This document shows, one piece after another, positions 1 to 11,050 of a DNA stretch of 64,000 bases. Source of the stretch: Terriglobia bacterium (GTDB lineage: Bacteria > Acidobacteriota > Terriglobia > Terriglobales > Acidobacteriaceae); contig JAIQFO010000013.1 in NCBI GenBank assembly GCA_020073215.1, positions 54,343-118,342 on the forward strand, in the 5' to 3' direction. Below the pieces are notes generated by a model that saw nothing but the letters and a program-made list of their open reading frames with translations, did no database searches and was not told where the DNA came from. How positions within the stretch are numbered: position 1 is the first letter of the stretch; each line of letters opens with the position of its first letter. A program made the translations under genes and the position numbers.

Positions 1-407
1 CTATCGTCAATCGGCTTGCGTCCGGCGAAACCCTCGCTGGTTCCGTGCCAATGCTTGATCGCTGGCTCACCCAGTTTCCAGCAGAGCAGGAGGATCTCTC
101 CTTCCACCTTGCAGGGGAAATCGAGCAGTCCGATGTCGAGATCTTTTACCTGGACGCCGGTCGCGTCAATTTCGGCCAGGGCGTCTTTGATGCGACGAAT
201 CGCCTTTTCGCGCTCCGCCTTGCGCCGCGCCAGATGGACGACATTCAGCAGCGTGCCACCGTTGAGAAAAACACGGTGCGCCGTCTCTTGCAACTCGGCG
301 TCCACGCTTTCAATCAGCTTCTTGCCGTTGATCGCCTGCCGCAGCAACGATTCCAAAATCGGCAGGAGCATTTGCGCTTCATCGAGGCTAAAGGTGCGGT
401 CGGACAT
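1..407 (-). CDS. DUF2203-family protein (C-terminal end runs off the window)
   Basis: Reverse-strand ORF with ATG at 405-407: MSDRTFSLDEAQMLLPILESLL...GVQVKDLDIGLLDFPCKVEGEILLLCWKLGEPAIKHWH. Pattern recalled from DUF2203. Absent from the ORF track because it has no stop inside the window. Confidence 0.55.
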   Translation of the reverse strand, partial: MSDRTFSLDEAQMLLPILESLLRQAINGKKLIESVDAELQETAHRVFLNGGTLLNVVHLARRKAEREKAIRRIKDALAEIDATGVQVKDLDIGLLDFPCKVEGEILLLCWKLGEPAIKHWHGTSEGFAGRKPIDD

Positions 408-595
408 GTGTCTTCATTCTACTGGAAGAGAAGGTGTCAGGTCTCAGGTCTTAGCTGACTGATCTTGACTGGGGCGACTGGGCTGATTCGGGCTTCCCTG
501 GGAACCGGCCTTTGCATCCAAAATTGTACGTCTTGTGGGCTCGTTCGTTGTTCTAGAATGGTGATTAATTGGGGGGACTGCGCGGAGAAATCAAC

Positions 596-2044
596 ATGGC
601 ACTGATGCGGGCATTGTGCACAATCCTGCTTTCCCTGACCTGGGCTTGCACTCTCGAAGCTCAGGATGTTCCGATTCCCCAACTCTCTCCGGGTTCGGAA
701 CGCAAGCCTGCGCCTCCTTCTCGTGAACCTGCGCAACCCGCGCCGCCACAAACGGTGGCGCTGACCGTCGCAAAGGGCTCACCCTTGCAAGTCGCTCTGG
801 ATCGGGAAGTGCGCGTGCAGAGGGTCGGGCAACCGGTCCACGGACGCATCGTGGAACCGGTCTATGCCTTTGACCATATTGTGGTGCCGGTTGGTTCTGA
901 GATCATCGGAAAAGTCACGAAGATCGAGACGCTCTCGGGCGGCAAGCGCACGCAGGCGGCGCTGAATGCGGATTTCACGCCACAACGGAAAGTGGAAATC
1001 GGCTTCGAGGAATTGGTGCTGAACGACGGCCGACGTTTTCCGCTGCATACCAGTGTCACTCCCGGGTCGGGCCAGGTCATCCAGTTCGTGACGGCGGCCA
1101 ACGACAAAGCAAAGAAAAATATCGTAAGCGACAAGGCGTCCCAAAAGATAAACGAGGCGAAACAACAGGCCCACCAGGAATGGGACAACGCCCTAAAGCA
1201 ACTGAAGACGCCGGGCAAATTGCGGCGTCTGGAACGCTACAGTGAAGCCCAGTTACCGGTGCACCGGCAGTACATTCCCGCCGGAACCGTGTACTTTGCG
1301 GAATTACAGGACCCCCTGAATTTCGGCAGCGAGGTGATGACCGTCTCGATGGCCTCTTCTCTCGACAGCGCGCTGCCCGAGGGCAGCGTCGTTCGCGCCC
1401 GTCTGGTCACGCCCTTATCGTCGGCAACTTCCCACAAAGGTCAGGATGTGGAAGCGGTCCTGTCGCAGCCACTGATGGATGGCGACCGCCTGATCCTTCC
1501 CCAAGGCAGCCGGCTCAAGGGCACGGTAAAGCAGGCGCAACCGGCTCGCCGCCTGAAAAGAAATGGACAGCTGCGGATCGCATTCTCGGAGTTGGTTCCA
1601 CCCGATGGCATTGAGCAGAAGATCGTATCGACGTTGCAAGGCGTGCAAGCCGGCAAAAATGCCAACGTGAAACTGGATTCCGAAGGCGGTGCGGAAGCTA
1701 CCACCCCGAAGTCGCGATACCTGGCGACGACGTTATCGGTCGGATTAGCCGCTTTGTCACAGGACAATGACACCGGTAATCAGGCTGCAGGCGGTTTGGG
1801 GGGATTCAAGGTGGTCGGTATGGTGATGGGTGCGGCGGTGCGGTCCCGTGCCTTCGGCGCCACCATGGGAGCGTACGGAGCTGCGGCTTCGATCTACTCC
1901 CATTTCATCGCCCGCGGACGCGAAGTGGAATTCCCCAAGAATACAGCGATGCAGATTGGAATCGGAACGCGGGTGGCAACGACGGCGGCCCAGCGGGAAC
2001 CACCTTCCGAAGCACCGTCCGTGTCCGCCGGCCTGGTTCACTAG
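596..2044 (+). CDS. secreted hypothetical protein with two TrbI/VirB10-like repeats and a C-terminal Gly-zipper
   Basis: ORF 569..2044. ATG at 596 gives signal peptide MALMRALCTILLSLTWACTLEAQD. Two internal repeats (..VVPVGSEIIGKV..VEIGFEELVLNDG and ..ILPQGSRLKGTV..RIAFSELVPPDG) resemble the TrbI-like motif from memory. GGLGGFKVVGMVMGAA lies near the C-terminus. Confidence 0.5.
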   Translation: MALMRALCTILLSLTWACTLEAQDVPIPQLSPGSERKPAPPSREPAQPAPPQTVALTVAKGSPLQVALDREVRVQRVGQPVHGRIVEPVYAFDHIVVPVGSEIIGKVTKIETLSGGKRTQAALNADFTPQRKVEIGFEELVLNDGRRFPLHTSVTPGSGQVIQFVTAANDKAKKNIVSDKASQKINEAKQQAHQEWDNALKQLKTPGKLRRLERYSEAQLPVHRQYIPAGTVYFAELQDPLNFGSEVMTVSMASSLDSALPEGSVVRARLVTPLSSATSHKGQDVEAVLSQPLMDGDRLILPQGSRLKGTVKQAQPARRLKRNGQLRIAFSELVPPDGIEQKIVSTLQGVQAGKNANVKLDSEGGAEATTPKSRYLATTLSVGLAALSQDNDTGNQAAGGLGGFKVVGMVMGAAVRSRAFGATMGAYGAAASIYSHFIARGREVEFPKNTAMQIGIGTRVATTAAQREPPSEAPSVSAGLVH

Positions 2045-2060
2045 ATCCCACTGTCAGAGC

Positions 2061-2111
2061 GTGTTTGATGACACAGTGCATTTGATGATGGAGCACATTT
2101 GATGTTCTTTT
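2061..2111 (+). repeat. three degenerate 17-bp tandem direct repeats (core TTTGATG at 2064, 2081, 2098)
   Basis: Read directly from the sequence. Lies between the stop at 2044 and the MFS gene start at 2186. Confidence 0.6.
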
Positions 2112-2185
2112 GTGGTACGAGTTATGCGCCCGACATCAGGCGCCTCCGCATCGCTCCATCCCCATGATATTTTCAGTGAACGCAC

Positions 2186-3412
2186 ATGGATATGCCGCCT
2201 CCTCTGCCTGCCCAATCTACTCCCCGAAATCTTTACGCCTTCGGCCTGACTTCGTTCCTCAACGACACAGCCAGTGAAATGGCGTACTGGGTGCTGCCCG
2301 CCTTTCTGGCATCGCTGGGCGCCGGGCCGGCGCAACTTGGGATTATCGAAGGCATCGCGGAGAGCGTGGCATCGTTCGCCAAGCTTTTCTCGGGCTATGT
2401 GACCGACCAGGTTGAGCACCGCAAGCCCATCGTGGTTGGCGGCTACTTCGTCGCCAACGCGGTGAAACCCGTGCTGGCGCTGGTTTCTTCGTGGTGGCAG
2501 ATTTTGGGGATTCGTTTCGCCGACCGCTTCGCTAAGGGCGTGCGCGGGACGGCTCGCGACGTGATGGTGGCGGAGTCGGTCGAGCCATCGAGAATCGGCT
2601 CGGCCTACGGCCTGATTCAAGCCATGGATTCCGCCGGCGCCATCGCCGGACCGCTGCTGGCGCTGGCCGTGATCGGACGCTTTGGCATGCGCGGCGTGTT
2701 CGCGTCGGCTGCGGTCCCGGGAGCCCTTTGCGTAATCGTCGCCTGGCTTGGAATCCGCGAAACGCACCGCAACCTGCCGGTGGTGCAACGGGCGTCCTCG
2801 CCCGTCACCAGCGAACCTAGCTCAGCCCCTGGCAAATCCGAGTGGCTCCCGAAGTTGCCGTTCGGCTTCTACTACGTCCTGGCTGTGGTGACCCTGTTTT
2901 CTCTGGGAAATTCCAGTGATATGTTCCTCGTCCTGCGCGCCGGATCAATCGGCATTCCAGCGTCACGCGCGCCCCTGCTGGGTCTGGTGTTCAACCTCAT
3001 GTACACGTTGTTATCCTGGCCCGCGGGTAAGTTCAGCGACCGCTTCTCGCGCTCGGCCATCGCTGCCGCTGGATACTTCGTTTTTGCCCTCGTCTATTTC
3101 GTTTTCGCCCTGGCGCCTTCACAACTGGCAATCTGGCTGACCATGGCCTTCTATGGACTGTTTTATGCGCTGACCAATCCGGTGTTGAAGGCGCTGGTGG
3201 TGGAGACGGTGCCCGCCGACGTGCGGGGACGCGCGCTGGGAATCTACTTTTTCGTGACCAGTTTGACGACGCTGCTGGCCAGCGTGATTACCGGCGCATT
3301 GTGGAAGATCTATGGAGCGCCGATGCCGTTTTATCTGTCGGCGGGGATTGCAGCGTTCTCGGCGTTCGCCCTGCTCGCGCACCGTTGGCCCGCGCGACCT
3401 GTCAAGGCCTGA
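2186..3412 (+). CDS. MFS transporter
   Basis: 408-aa multi-TM ORF with an N-terminal FGLTSFLNDTASEM motif typical of an MFS subfamily. Confidence 0.8.
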   Translation: MDMPPPLPAQSTPRNLYAFGLTSFLNDTASEMAYWVLPAFLASLGAGPAQLGIIEGIAESVASFAKLFSGYVTDQVEHRKPIVVGGYFVANAVKPVLALVSSWWQILGIRFADRFAKGVRGTARDVMVAESVEPSRIGSAYGLIQAMDSAGAIAGPLLALAVIGRFGMRGVFASAAVPGALCVIVAWLGIRETHRNLPVVQRASSPVTSEPSSAPGKSEWLPKLPFGFYYVLAVVTLFSLGNSSDMFLVLRAGSIGIPASRAPLLGLVFNLMYTLLSWPAGKFSDRFSRSAIAAAGYFVFALVYFVFALAPSQLAIWLTMAFYGLFYALTNPVLKALVVETVPADVRGRALGIYFFVTSLTTLLASVITGALWKIYGAPMPFYLSAGIAAFSAFALLAHRWPARPVKA

Positions 3413-3905
3413 ACACGGTTTCGGGCCGGCTGTTCTGTTCCGTTTGTTCGGCCACATCCGGCTGGCGCAAACTGAAGTATGCGGCGAGCAGAAACGCCAG
3501 GCCCGCCACGCTATCCAGCGCAGCATCCCGCCACGTGCCGGTGCGCAAGGGAATGTAGGTCTGGTGCCATTCATCCATCGAGGCAACGAATGCGGTGCCC
3601 AGCCACGACAGCAGTGCGGTCCGCCACAATAAAGCTCGAGTGCGGCCGAACGTCGCCCGCCAACCACGCAGCAGCAAAAGGCTGAGGACGCCGTACCCGA
3701 CGACGTGTCCAGTCTTGCGCAGGTAGTGATGAAAGACGAGGAAGTCGTGGAAATTGATTGCGCCGAACAGGCGTGTTAATAGCATGTACAGCATGCTGCC
3801 GGTATTCTGGGAGGAGAAGAAACCGGTGGACTCAAAGGAAATGAGACCGATCCAGACGATGGCCGGCCACCAGGCGCGCGCAAGATTGGGACGGGACGCA
3901 GTCAA
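3402..3905 (-). CDS. VanZ-family membrane protein
   Basis: 167 aa, 4 TM. Contains GHVVGYGVLSLLL and MDEWHQTYIPLRTGTWRDAALD motifs. Directly downstream of guaB. Confidence 0.65.
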   Translation of the reverse strand: MTASRPNLARAWWPAIVWIGLISFESTGFFSSQNTGSMLYMLLTRLFGAINFHDFLVFHHYLRKTGHVVGYGVLSLLLLRGWRATFGRTRALLWRTALLSWLGTAFVASMDEWHQTYIPLRTGTWRDAALDSVAGLAFLLAAYFSLRQPDVAEQTEQNSRPETVFRP

Positions 3906-3920
3906 ATCGGGTCTCTTCCC

Positions 3921-5450
<1,530 letters not shown>

Positions 5451-5578
5451 CTATTGTAGGGAGCGGGGCAAGATCAGGCAAATGGCGCGCGAGCTGTGAG
5501 CGCAATCATTGCCAAAGACCTCGAAACGCGCTACATTCCAGCTTCTTCCCCTACTTGCTCCCTTACTAGGAGGTTTTC

Positions 5579-7276
5579 ATGTCTTCCAGGAACCGAATCA
5601 TCCCGATTTACCTGTTTGCAGTAATCATGGCAGTTCCCGCAATCGTTCACGCACAGGGCACCACACCAGAAGTTCCATCTTTCACCATTCGAGCCAACAC
5701 ACGGATGGTGATGGTCGACGTCGTAGTCACGGACAAGAAAGGCCAGCCGATCACGGGCCTGAAGGCGGAAGACTTTACCATGGAGGAGAACGGGAAGAAG
5801 CAGAAAATTGCAACGTTCTTGCCGCCAGGCGCGGATCAGAAAGCGCCACAGCCGCTGCCTGCCGGACTCCTGACTAACCGGCCCGAGTATCTCAAACCCG
5901 CCGGAGTCCCTACCGTATTGCTTCTAGACGCCAACAATTCCCACTTTCTGGACCAAGCATACGGCCGCGGCCAGATGCTGAAGTATGTTCTGGAGCAGTC
6001 CGAGGCCGGCGCTCCAATGGCCGTCATGACGCTGACGGACAGATTAAGGGTTCTTCAGGATTTCACCTCCGATCCCAAGATCCTGACGACGGCGATCAGG
6101 AAGCTTCAGCCGCAAGAACCGATTCTTCAATCTATGAGCGCCCCGGCCCAAACCAATGTCGAGCCAGGGTTAAGGAGCTCTTCTGCTAACGTTCCAGTGT
6201 CTCCGGGCGGACAATTTGCGGAACTCGTCGCGATTTCCCAAGCGCAAGTTGAGAGCTTCCAGAACCAGGCGGCCGGCTATGCACTTGAGCGTCGCACACT
6301 GATTACCATTCAAGCCATGCGCGATCTTTCGCGGGCCCTCGGCGGACTTCCCGGCCGCAAAAACGTAGTGTGGCTCACAGCCGATTTCCCGTTCGATTTA
6401 ATTCCCGAAGATACCAACAAGAGCGACGCAGAGGTCCTGGCCGACCTGCCCAGCATGGCGAATGTACGGAATGATGCCATTAACAACGCGGCCGGCAATG
6501 GGCTGTCTCAGCAGCGCGCATTGCACAATCAGGAAATTCGCCAAGCGCAATTCGCCCTAGCCAGCTCTGGTATTGCCGTCTATCCAGTGGATATGCGAGG
6601 CATCATGGCGTCGGGAATCGATGTCAATTCGACCAGTTCCCTGCAGGAATTGGCGAAGGAAACCGGTGGCAAGGCCTACGTCAATCAAAATGAGATCAAG
6701 AACGGCATCGCCCTCGCCGTCTCCGATGAGAAGGCGTCGTATGAGCTCGGATACTATCCCGAGAACAAGAAGTGGGATGGAAAATTCCGATCGCTCAAGG
6801 TCAAGCTCGACCAGGGAGACCGCGAGATACGGTACCGCAAGGGATACTTCGCGCTGGATCCGGCGCAGGTGAAGAATCCAAACTTTGAGTCGGATGTTGC
6901 CGAGGCGATGGAGTTCCATGCGCCAGCGACGCAGGTCTCGTTCATGGCGCAGGCAAAGCCGACCGATCCGGGCAAGGTTCGTGTTGTGTTCCTGGTGGAT
7001 GCGCACACCTTGAGCGCCGATGACTCCGGCGGCGGCAAGAAAATGAACGTAAGCCTGTATGCGAGTGCCTATAACGCAAACGGCAAGAACCTGGGGACGC
7101 GCACGATTAAGGTGGACCGCGTCTTTGATTCCGCCACGTATCAACAAATTCTTGACAAGGGCATGATGGTGCCCATCGATATGGAACTGCCTGCCGGAGC
7201 CAAGCAACTGCGACTGGCGGTGCTGGACAACAAGACGGGATCCATAGGTACGGCGACGGGCGCGCCGGGGAACTGA
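5579..7276 (+). CDS. VWA-domain secreted protein (acidobacterial VWFA-related type)
   Basis: AGGAGG SD, signal/TM segment, FTIRANTRMVMVDVVVTDKKGQPITGLKAEDF N-terminal module then a VWA-like region. Resembles TIGR03436 from memory. Confidence 0.65.
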   Translation: MSSRNRIIPIYLFAVIMAVPAIVHAQGTTPEVPSFTIRANTRMVMVDVVVTDKKGQPITGLKAEDFTMEENGKKQKIATFLPPGADQKAPQPLPAGLLTNRPEYLKPAGVPTVLLLDANNSHFLDQAYGRGQMLKYVLEQSEAGAPMAVMTLTDRLRVLQDFTSDPKILTTAIRKLQPQEPILQSMSAPAQTNVEPGLRSSSANVPVSPGGQFAELVAISQAQVESFQNQAAGYALERRTLITIQAMRDLSRALGGLPGRKNVVWLTADFPFDLIPEDTNKSDAEVLADLPSMANVRNDAINNAAGNGLSQQRALHNQEIRQAQFALASSGIAVYPVDMRGIMASGIDVNSTSSLQELAKETGGKAYVNQNEIKNGIALAVSDEKASYELGYYPENKKWDGKFRSLKVKLDQGDREIRYRKGYFALDPAQVKNPNFESDVAEAMEFHAPATQVSFMAQAKPTDPGKVRVVFLVDAHTLSADDSGGGKKMNVSLYASAYNANGKNLGTRTIKVDRVFDSATYQQILDKGMMVPIDMELPAGAKQLRLAVLDNKTGSIGTATGAPGN

Positions 7277-7333
7277 GAGGCGAGAGGGCGCCCAGGGCTG
7301 GATTCAATATCGCAAAACTTATCGCAAAACTAA

Positions 7334-7360
7334 AGAGAGGCGTCCGCGGGACGCCTCTCT
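7334..7360. terminator. 12-bp perfect GC-rich hairpin between convergent genes
   Basis: AGAGAGGCGTCC-GCG-GGACGCCTCTCT, lying between the VWA gene end (7276) and the rplQ end (7425). Confidence 0.5.
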
Positions 7361-7424
7361 CGTTGCTGATCATGAAAATTGGAGCGCGGGATGAGACGCG
7401 GCGAGGCGCGCCTCACCCGTTGAG

Positions 7425-7928
7425 TTACTCTTTCTTATCTCCGCCTTCGGCTGGTTCAGCACCGCCTTCAGCTTTGGCCTGCGCTTCGGCTTCTTCCATC
7501 GCCTTGCGATTTTCCTCGGCACGTTTGGCGCGGATTTCGGCGCGCTTCTGGCGCTTTTCATCGAGCACCTGCTCGCTGCCGAGCAGTTCGATAAACGCCT
7601 TTTCAGCGCCGTCGCCCTTGCGCCAGGCGGTGCGGACAATTCTCAAATAACCGCCCTTGCGGTCGCCGAAGCGCGGAGCCACGGTATCAAACAGTTTGTG
7701 GACGGCTTCGTCCGTCATCAAATAGGCCGCTGCCTGACGGCGCGCCGCCAGATCACCTTTTTTTCCCAGGGTGATCATTTTCTCGACCGACGGACGCACC
7801 GCCTTCGCCTTGATCACGGTCGTCTCAATGCGCTCTTCCATGATGATCGACGTGACCATGTTCCGTAGCATGGCGCGCCGGTGCGAAGTGGTTCGTCCTA
7901 GTTTGTATCCTGCAACTTTGTGACGCAT
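7425..7928 (-). CDS. rplQ: 50S ribosomal protein L17 (E/K/A-rich C-terminal extension)
   Basis: [23 protein letters not shown]. Last gene of the alpha operon. Confidence 0.97.
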   Translation of the reverse strand: MRHKVAGYKLGRTTSHRRAMLRNMVTSIIMEERIETTVIKAKAVRPSVEKMITLGKKGDLAARRQAAAYLMTDEAVHKLFDTVAPRFGDRKGGYLRIVRTAWRKGDGAEKAFIELLGSEQVLDEKRQKRAEIRAKRAEENRKAMEEAEAQAKAEGGAEPAEGGDKKE

Positions 7929-7937
7929 GTCTAAACC

Positions 7938-8134
7938 CCAGTTGTCAGTTGCCAGTGGCCAGTTGCCAGTGGTTTGTTCGTCAGCGGCCAGGCCCTCAGG
8001 GGCTAAAGCCCGCGTTGTTATTGGCTCAGGGCGGCACGGCTAAAGCCGTGCCCTTCCCGAAGCATTTAAGAGCCAGAAGCCGGTAGCTCGTGGTCGGCCC
8101 TTACTGGCAACTGACCACTGGCAACTGGCGACTG
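7938..8134. repeat. heptamer-word inverted repeat (arms 7938-7972 and 8101-8134) enclosing a family-D element (7993-8074)
   Basis: Left arm is CCAGTTG TCAGTTG CCAGTGG CCAGTTG CCAGTGG. The reverse complement of the right arm is CAGTCGC CAGTTGC CAGTGGT CAGTTGC CAGTAA. The interior carries the CCTCAGGGGCTAAAGCCCGCG..GCACGGCTAAAGCCGTGCCCTTCCC modules. Confidence 0.75.
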
Positions 8135-8137
8135 TTC

Positions 8138-9169
8138 TTACAGATCGTTGTCGCCGTAGGCTGACGCGGGCAGCACCTGGTTTGAAGTTGGTCCGGGCAC
8201 GGCGTTTCCGTGCTCGTCAATCTTCATGCCCAGGCTCAGACCCATCGAGGAAAGTATCTCCTTGATCTCGTTCAGCGACTTGCGGCCAAAATTTTTCGTC
8301 TTCAGCATCTCGGCTTCGGTCTTCTGCACCAGTTCGCCGATCGACTGAATGTTGGCGTTCTTCAGACAGTTATAGCTGCGCACCGAGAGTTCGAGTTCCT
8401 CAACCGAACGGTTCAGGTTCTCGTTCTTGATCTCGGGGCGATGCTCTTCGCCCGCGGAAGCGGTTTCAATCTCTTCTTCGAAGTTGATGAAGATATTCAT
8501 GTGATCTTTTATCAGCTTCGCGGAAAGTCCCAGCGCATCGCCCGGAGTGATCGAACCGTTCGTCCAGACTTCCACCGTAAGCTTGTCGTAATCAGTGATC
8601 TGGCCCAAGCGCGCGGCTTCGACCGTGTAGTTGCACTTGCGCACCGGGGTGTGCACGGAATCGATGGGGATGAACCCGATGCCGAGATCGTCTTCGAAGT
8701 TTTTGTCGGCGGACACGTAGCCGCGGCCGCGCTTGAGGCGCATTTCCATGTCGAGCTTGCCGCCTTCGCTCACAGTCGCAATGTAAATTTCCTTGTCCAG
8801 CACTTCCACATCGCCGTCGGCTTCGATCATGCCGCTCGTGACTACGCCGGGCTGATCGGCGCGCAGGTAAATCGCCTTCGGACCGTCTCCCGCAAGCTTG
8901 AACGGAACCTGCTTCATGTTGAGGATGATGTCGGTCGCATCCTCGACTACGCCGGGGATCGACTGGAACTCGTGCAGCACGCCTTCGATCTTCACCGCGG
9001 TCACAGCCGCGCCTTCAATCGAACTCAGCATCACGCGCCGCAGCGCGTTGCCGATGGTGGTGCCAAAGCCGCGCTCAAAGGGCTGCGCCCAGAACATCCC
9101 GTATTTGTCGGTTAGCGAACTGGCATCGCTCGCCAGCCGTTTCGGTTTTTGAAAACCTCTCCAAAGCAT
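8138..9169 (-). CDS. rpoA: DNA-directed RNA polymerase subunit alpha
   Basis: 343 aa: [20 protein letters not shown], and a C-terminal domain with [17 protein letters not shown]. Confidence 0.98.
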   Translation of the reverse strand: MLWRGFQKPKRLASDASSLTDKYGMFWAQPFERGFGTTIGNALRRVMLSSIEGAAVTAVKIEGVLHEFQSIPGVVEDATDIILNMKQVPFKLAGDGPKAIYLRADQPGVVTSGMIEADGDVEVLDKEIYIATVSEGGKLDMEMRLKRGRGYVSADKNFEDDLGIGFIPIDSVHTPVRKCNYTVEAARLGQITDYDKLTVEVWTNGSITPGDALGLSAKLIKDHMNIFINFEEEIETASAGEEHRPEIKNENLNRSVEELELSVRSYNCLKNANIQSIGELVQKTEAEMLKTKNFGRKSLNEIKEILSSMGLSLGMKIDEHGNAVPGPTSNQVLPASAYGDNDL

Positions 9170-9300
9170 TCTGTGTTTCTCCTCTCGGCCATGTGGCTCC
9201 GCAGCGGCTCTTTGAACCGGCCTTTACTTCAAACACAAAGTTCAAATCAGGCGCCGCAGCGGGCTGATCTGGCGCGAATAGCAGGCCAAACAAAATCTAT

Positions 9301-9364
9301 TGTAGAGACGCGGCTCGCCGCGTCTCAGTTTTGCAGCGGAGACGGGGCAAGCCCCGTCTCTACA
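9301..9364. repeat. family-A double-hairpin REP-like element
   Basis: TGTAGAGACGCGGCTCGCCGCGTCTC-AGTTTTGCAGCG-GAGACGGGGCAAGCCCCGTCTCTACA. Confidence 0.85.
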
Positions 9365-9372
9365 CGAGCGCG

Positions 9373-10002
9373 CTACTTGCTGTACAACTCGACAATCAGC
9401 TGCTCGTTCACCGGCAACTGGATATCTTCGCGTTTCGGCAGGGCAAGTACGCGCCCCTTGTAGTTCTCGCGGTCGATCTCAAGCCATGCCGGCGCGGGCT
9501 GATGACTGGCAAAGTCCCTGGCAATTTCCAGAATCGGGACCTTGCGGCTCCCCTCGCGAATCGCAATCTCTTCTCCCACGCTGACCTCGTAGGAAGGGAT
9601 GTTCACTTTCTTCCCATCCACCTGCACGTGCCCGTGGCGCACCAACTGGCGCGCCTGGCGGCGGGAGATACCAAAACCCAGCCGGAAGACCACGTTGTCC
9701 AGACGCCGCTCGAGTTGCTCGAGCAGTTTCGCGCCGGTCACGCCCCTGGACTTGACGGCGTTCTCGAAGTAATTCCGGAACTGGCCTTCCTGGGTGAAGT
9801 AGATGCGTTTGGCTTTCTGTTTTTCGCGCAACTGCAGGCCGTAGCCTACAACCTTGGTCTTCCGGTCTTTCCCGTGTTGTCCGGGAGCGAAGTTGCGCTT
9901 CTCAATGGGACATTTGTCGCTGAAGCACTTGGTGCCTTTGAGGAAGAGCTTGATCCCTTCCCGGCGGCAAAGACGACATACTGCATCGGTATAACGTGCC
10001 AA
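9373..10002 (-). CDS. rpsD: 30S ribosomal protein S4
   Basis: ORF 9373..10068, trimmed to the TTG at 10000-10002, which is preceded by AAGGAG and gives [16 protein letters not shown] (209 aa). Confidence 0.95.
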   Translation of the reverse strand: MARYTDAVCRLCRREGIKLFLKGTKCFSDKCPIEKRNFAPGQHGKDRKTKVVGYGLQLREKQKAKRIYFTQEGQFRNYFENAVKSRGVTGAKLLEQLERRLDNVVFRLGFGISRRQARQLVRHGHVQVDGKKVNIPSYEVSVGEEIAIREGSRKVPILEIARDFASHQPAPAWLEIDRENYKGRVLALPKREDIQLPVNEQLIVELYSK

Positions 10003-10072
10003 GTTGTTCTCCTTTTTGATGACCGGTTTACAGGTTTGGCTGCACCCTTCGTCCCGGACGAAAATCAATTTT

Positions 10073-10606
10073 TCACTCTACAAACTTGTAACTCACCTGC
10101 TGTGCGACGCCCCGTAGTATAGAGCGCCACTCATCCAAAACTTTGTCGGTGCTCATCTTCCCAGACCACCGAAACCTAAGATACATAGTATAGATTTCGC
10201 CATTCAAGTCTGGGCTCTGCACCTTCAAATACGAAACAGGTAACTCATTTCCACTGGATTCGGCCCACCCAAAAGTTCCATCGTGCATGCCAGCCTTCTT
10301 CAGCCGAGTCTTCGCGCTTTCGAACCGTGCAGCAGTCCAGTCAAAAGACTTCGAGAATTCGCTCTTGCACCCTTCGTCTGACTCTCGGAACTGGCTACGT
10401 ACTTTCCTGCCGATTCTCTCAATACGGACACCTACTATTCGAACCGGCCAGAGATCCTCAGTTCCGATCTTTTGCGACGAGCGCAAGCAATTCGAAAACA
10501 GCACCGCTCGCATCTCGATGGTTTCAGGCTTGAGCGATTCGTTCTGGCCTACGCATAACCGGCAGAATGAAAGAAACGAAACCGCGCAAAGAAACCAAAT
10601 CTTCAT
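10073..10606 (-). CDS. orphan secreted hypothetical protein inserted between rpsK and rpsD
   Basis: 177-aa ORF with signal peptide [20 protein letters not shown]. Hand-counted GC is about 50%, against over 60% in the flanking genes. The start lies 6 nt after the rpsK stop. Confidence 0.55.
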   Translation of the reverse strand: MKIWFLCAVSFLSFCRLCVGQNESLKPETIEMRAVLFSNCLRSSQKIGTEDLWPVRIVGVRIERIGRKVRSQFRESDEGCKSEFSKSFDWTAARFESAKTRLKKAGMHDGTFGWAESSGNELPVSYLKVQSPDLNGEIYTMYLRFRWSGKMSTDKVLDEWRSILRGVAQQVSYKFVE

Positions 10607-10612
10607 GTTGAA

Positions 10613-11044
10613 CTACACGCGACGACGCTTCGGCGGCCTGCAGCCGTTGTGCGGAATCGGTGTCGTGTCTTTAATGGACCGCACTTCAATTCCCGCCGAG
10701 GCCAGGGCGCGCACCGCTGACTCCCGCCCCGATCCCGGACCGCTCACCCGCACATCCACCGAGCGCACGCCGTGATCGCGCGCCATGCTGGCCGCATTCG
10801 CGGCGGCCTGCTGCGCGGCAAACGGGGTGCCTTTGCGGGACCCACGGAAACCCAGCGAGCCCGAACTCTTCCAGGCCAGCACGTTGCCGGTCATGTCCGA
10901 GATGGTCACGATGGTGTTGTTGAACGAGGCCTGCACGTGCACCAGTCCGTGGGGAACGTGCTTGCGCTCTTTCTTCTTGAACGTCTTCTTCTTGCCTTTT
11001 TTCTCGGGCGCCGCGGCGCCGCCTGCTGCTACTGGTTTTGCCAT
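10613..11044 (-). CDS. rpsK: 30S ribosomal protein S11
   Basis: [18 protein letters not shown]...; K-rich N-terminus. Confidence 0.97.
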   Translation of the reverse strand: MAKPVAAGGAAAPEKKGKKKTFKKKERKHVPHGLVHVQASFNNTIVTISDMTGNVLAWKSSGSLGFRGSRKGTPFAAQQAAANAASMARDHGVRSVDVRVSGPGSGRESAVRALASAGIEVRSIKDTTPIPHNGCRPPKRRRV

Positions 11045-11050
11045 TTTTAG

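Noticed and set aside
7310-7333. Tandem 12-mer TATCGCAAAACT x2 downstream of the VWA gene.
   Set aside because: There are only two copies, next to a terminator hairpin, and nothing separates them from a trivial duplication.
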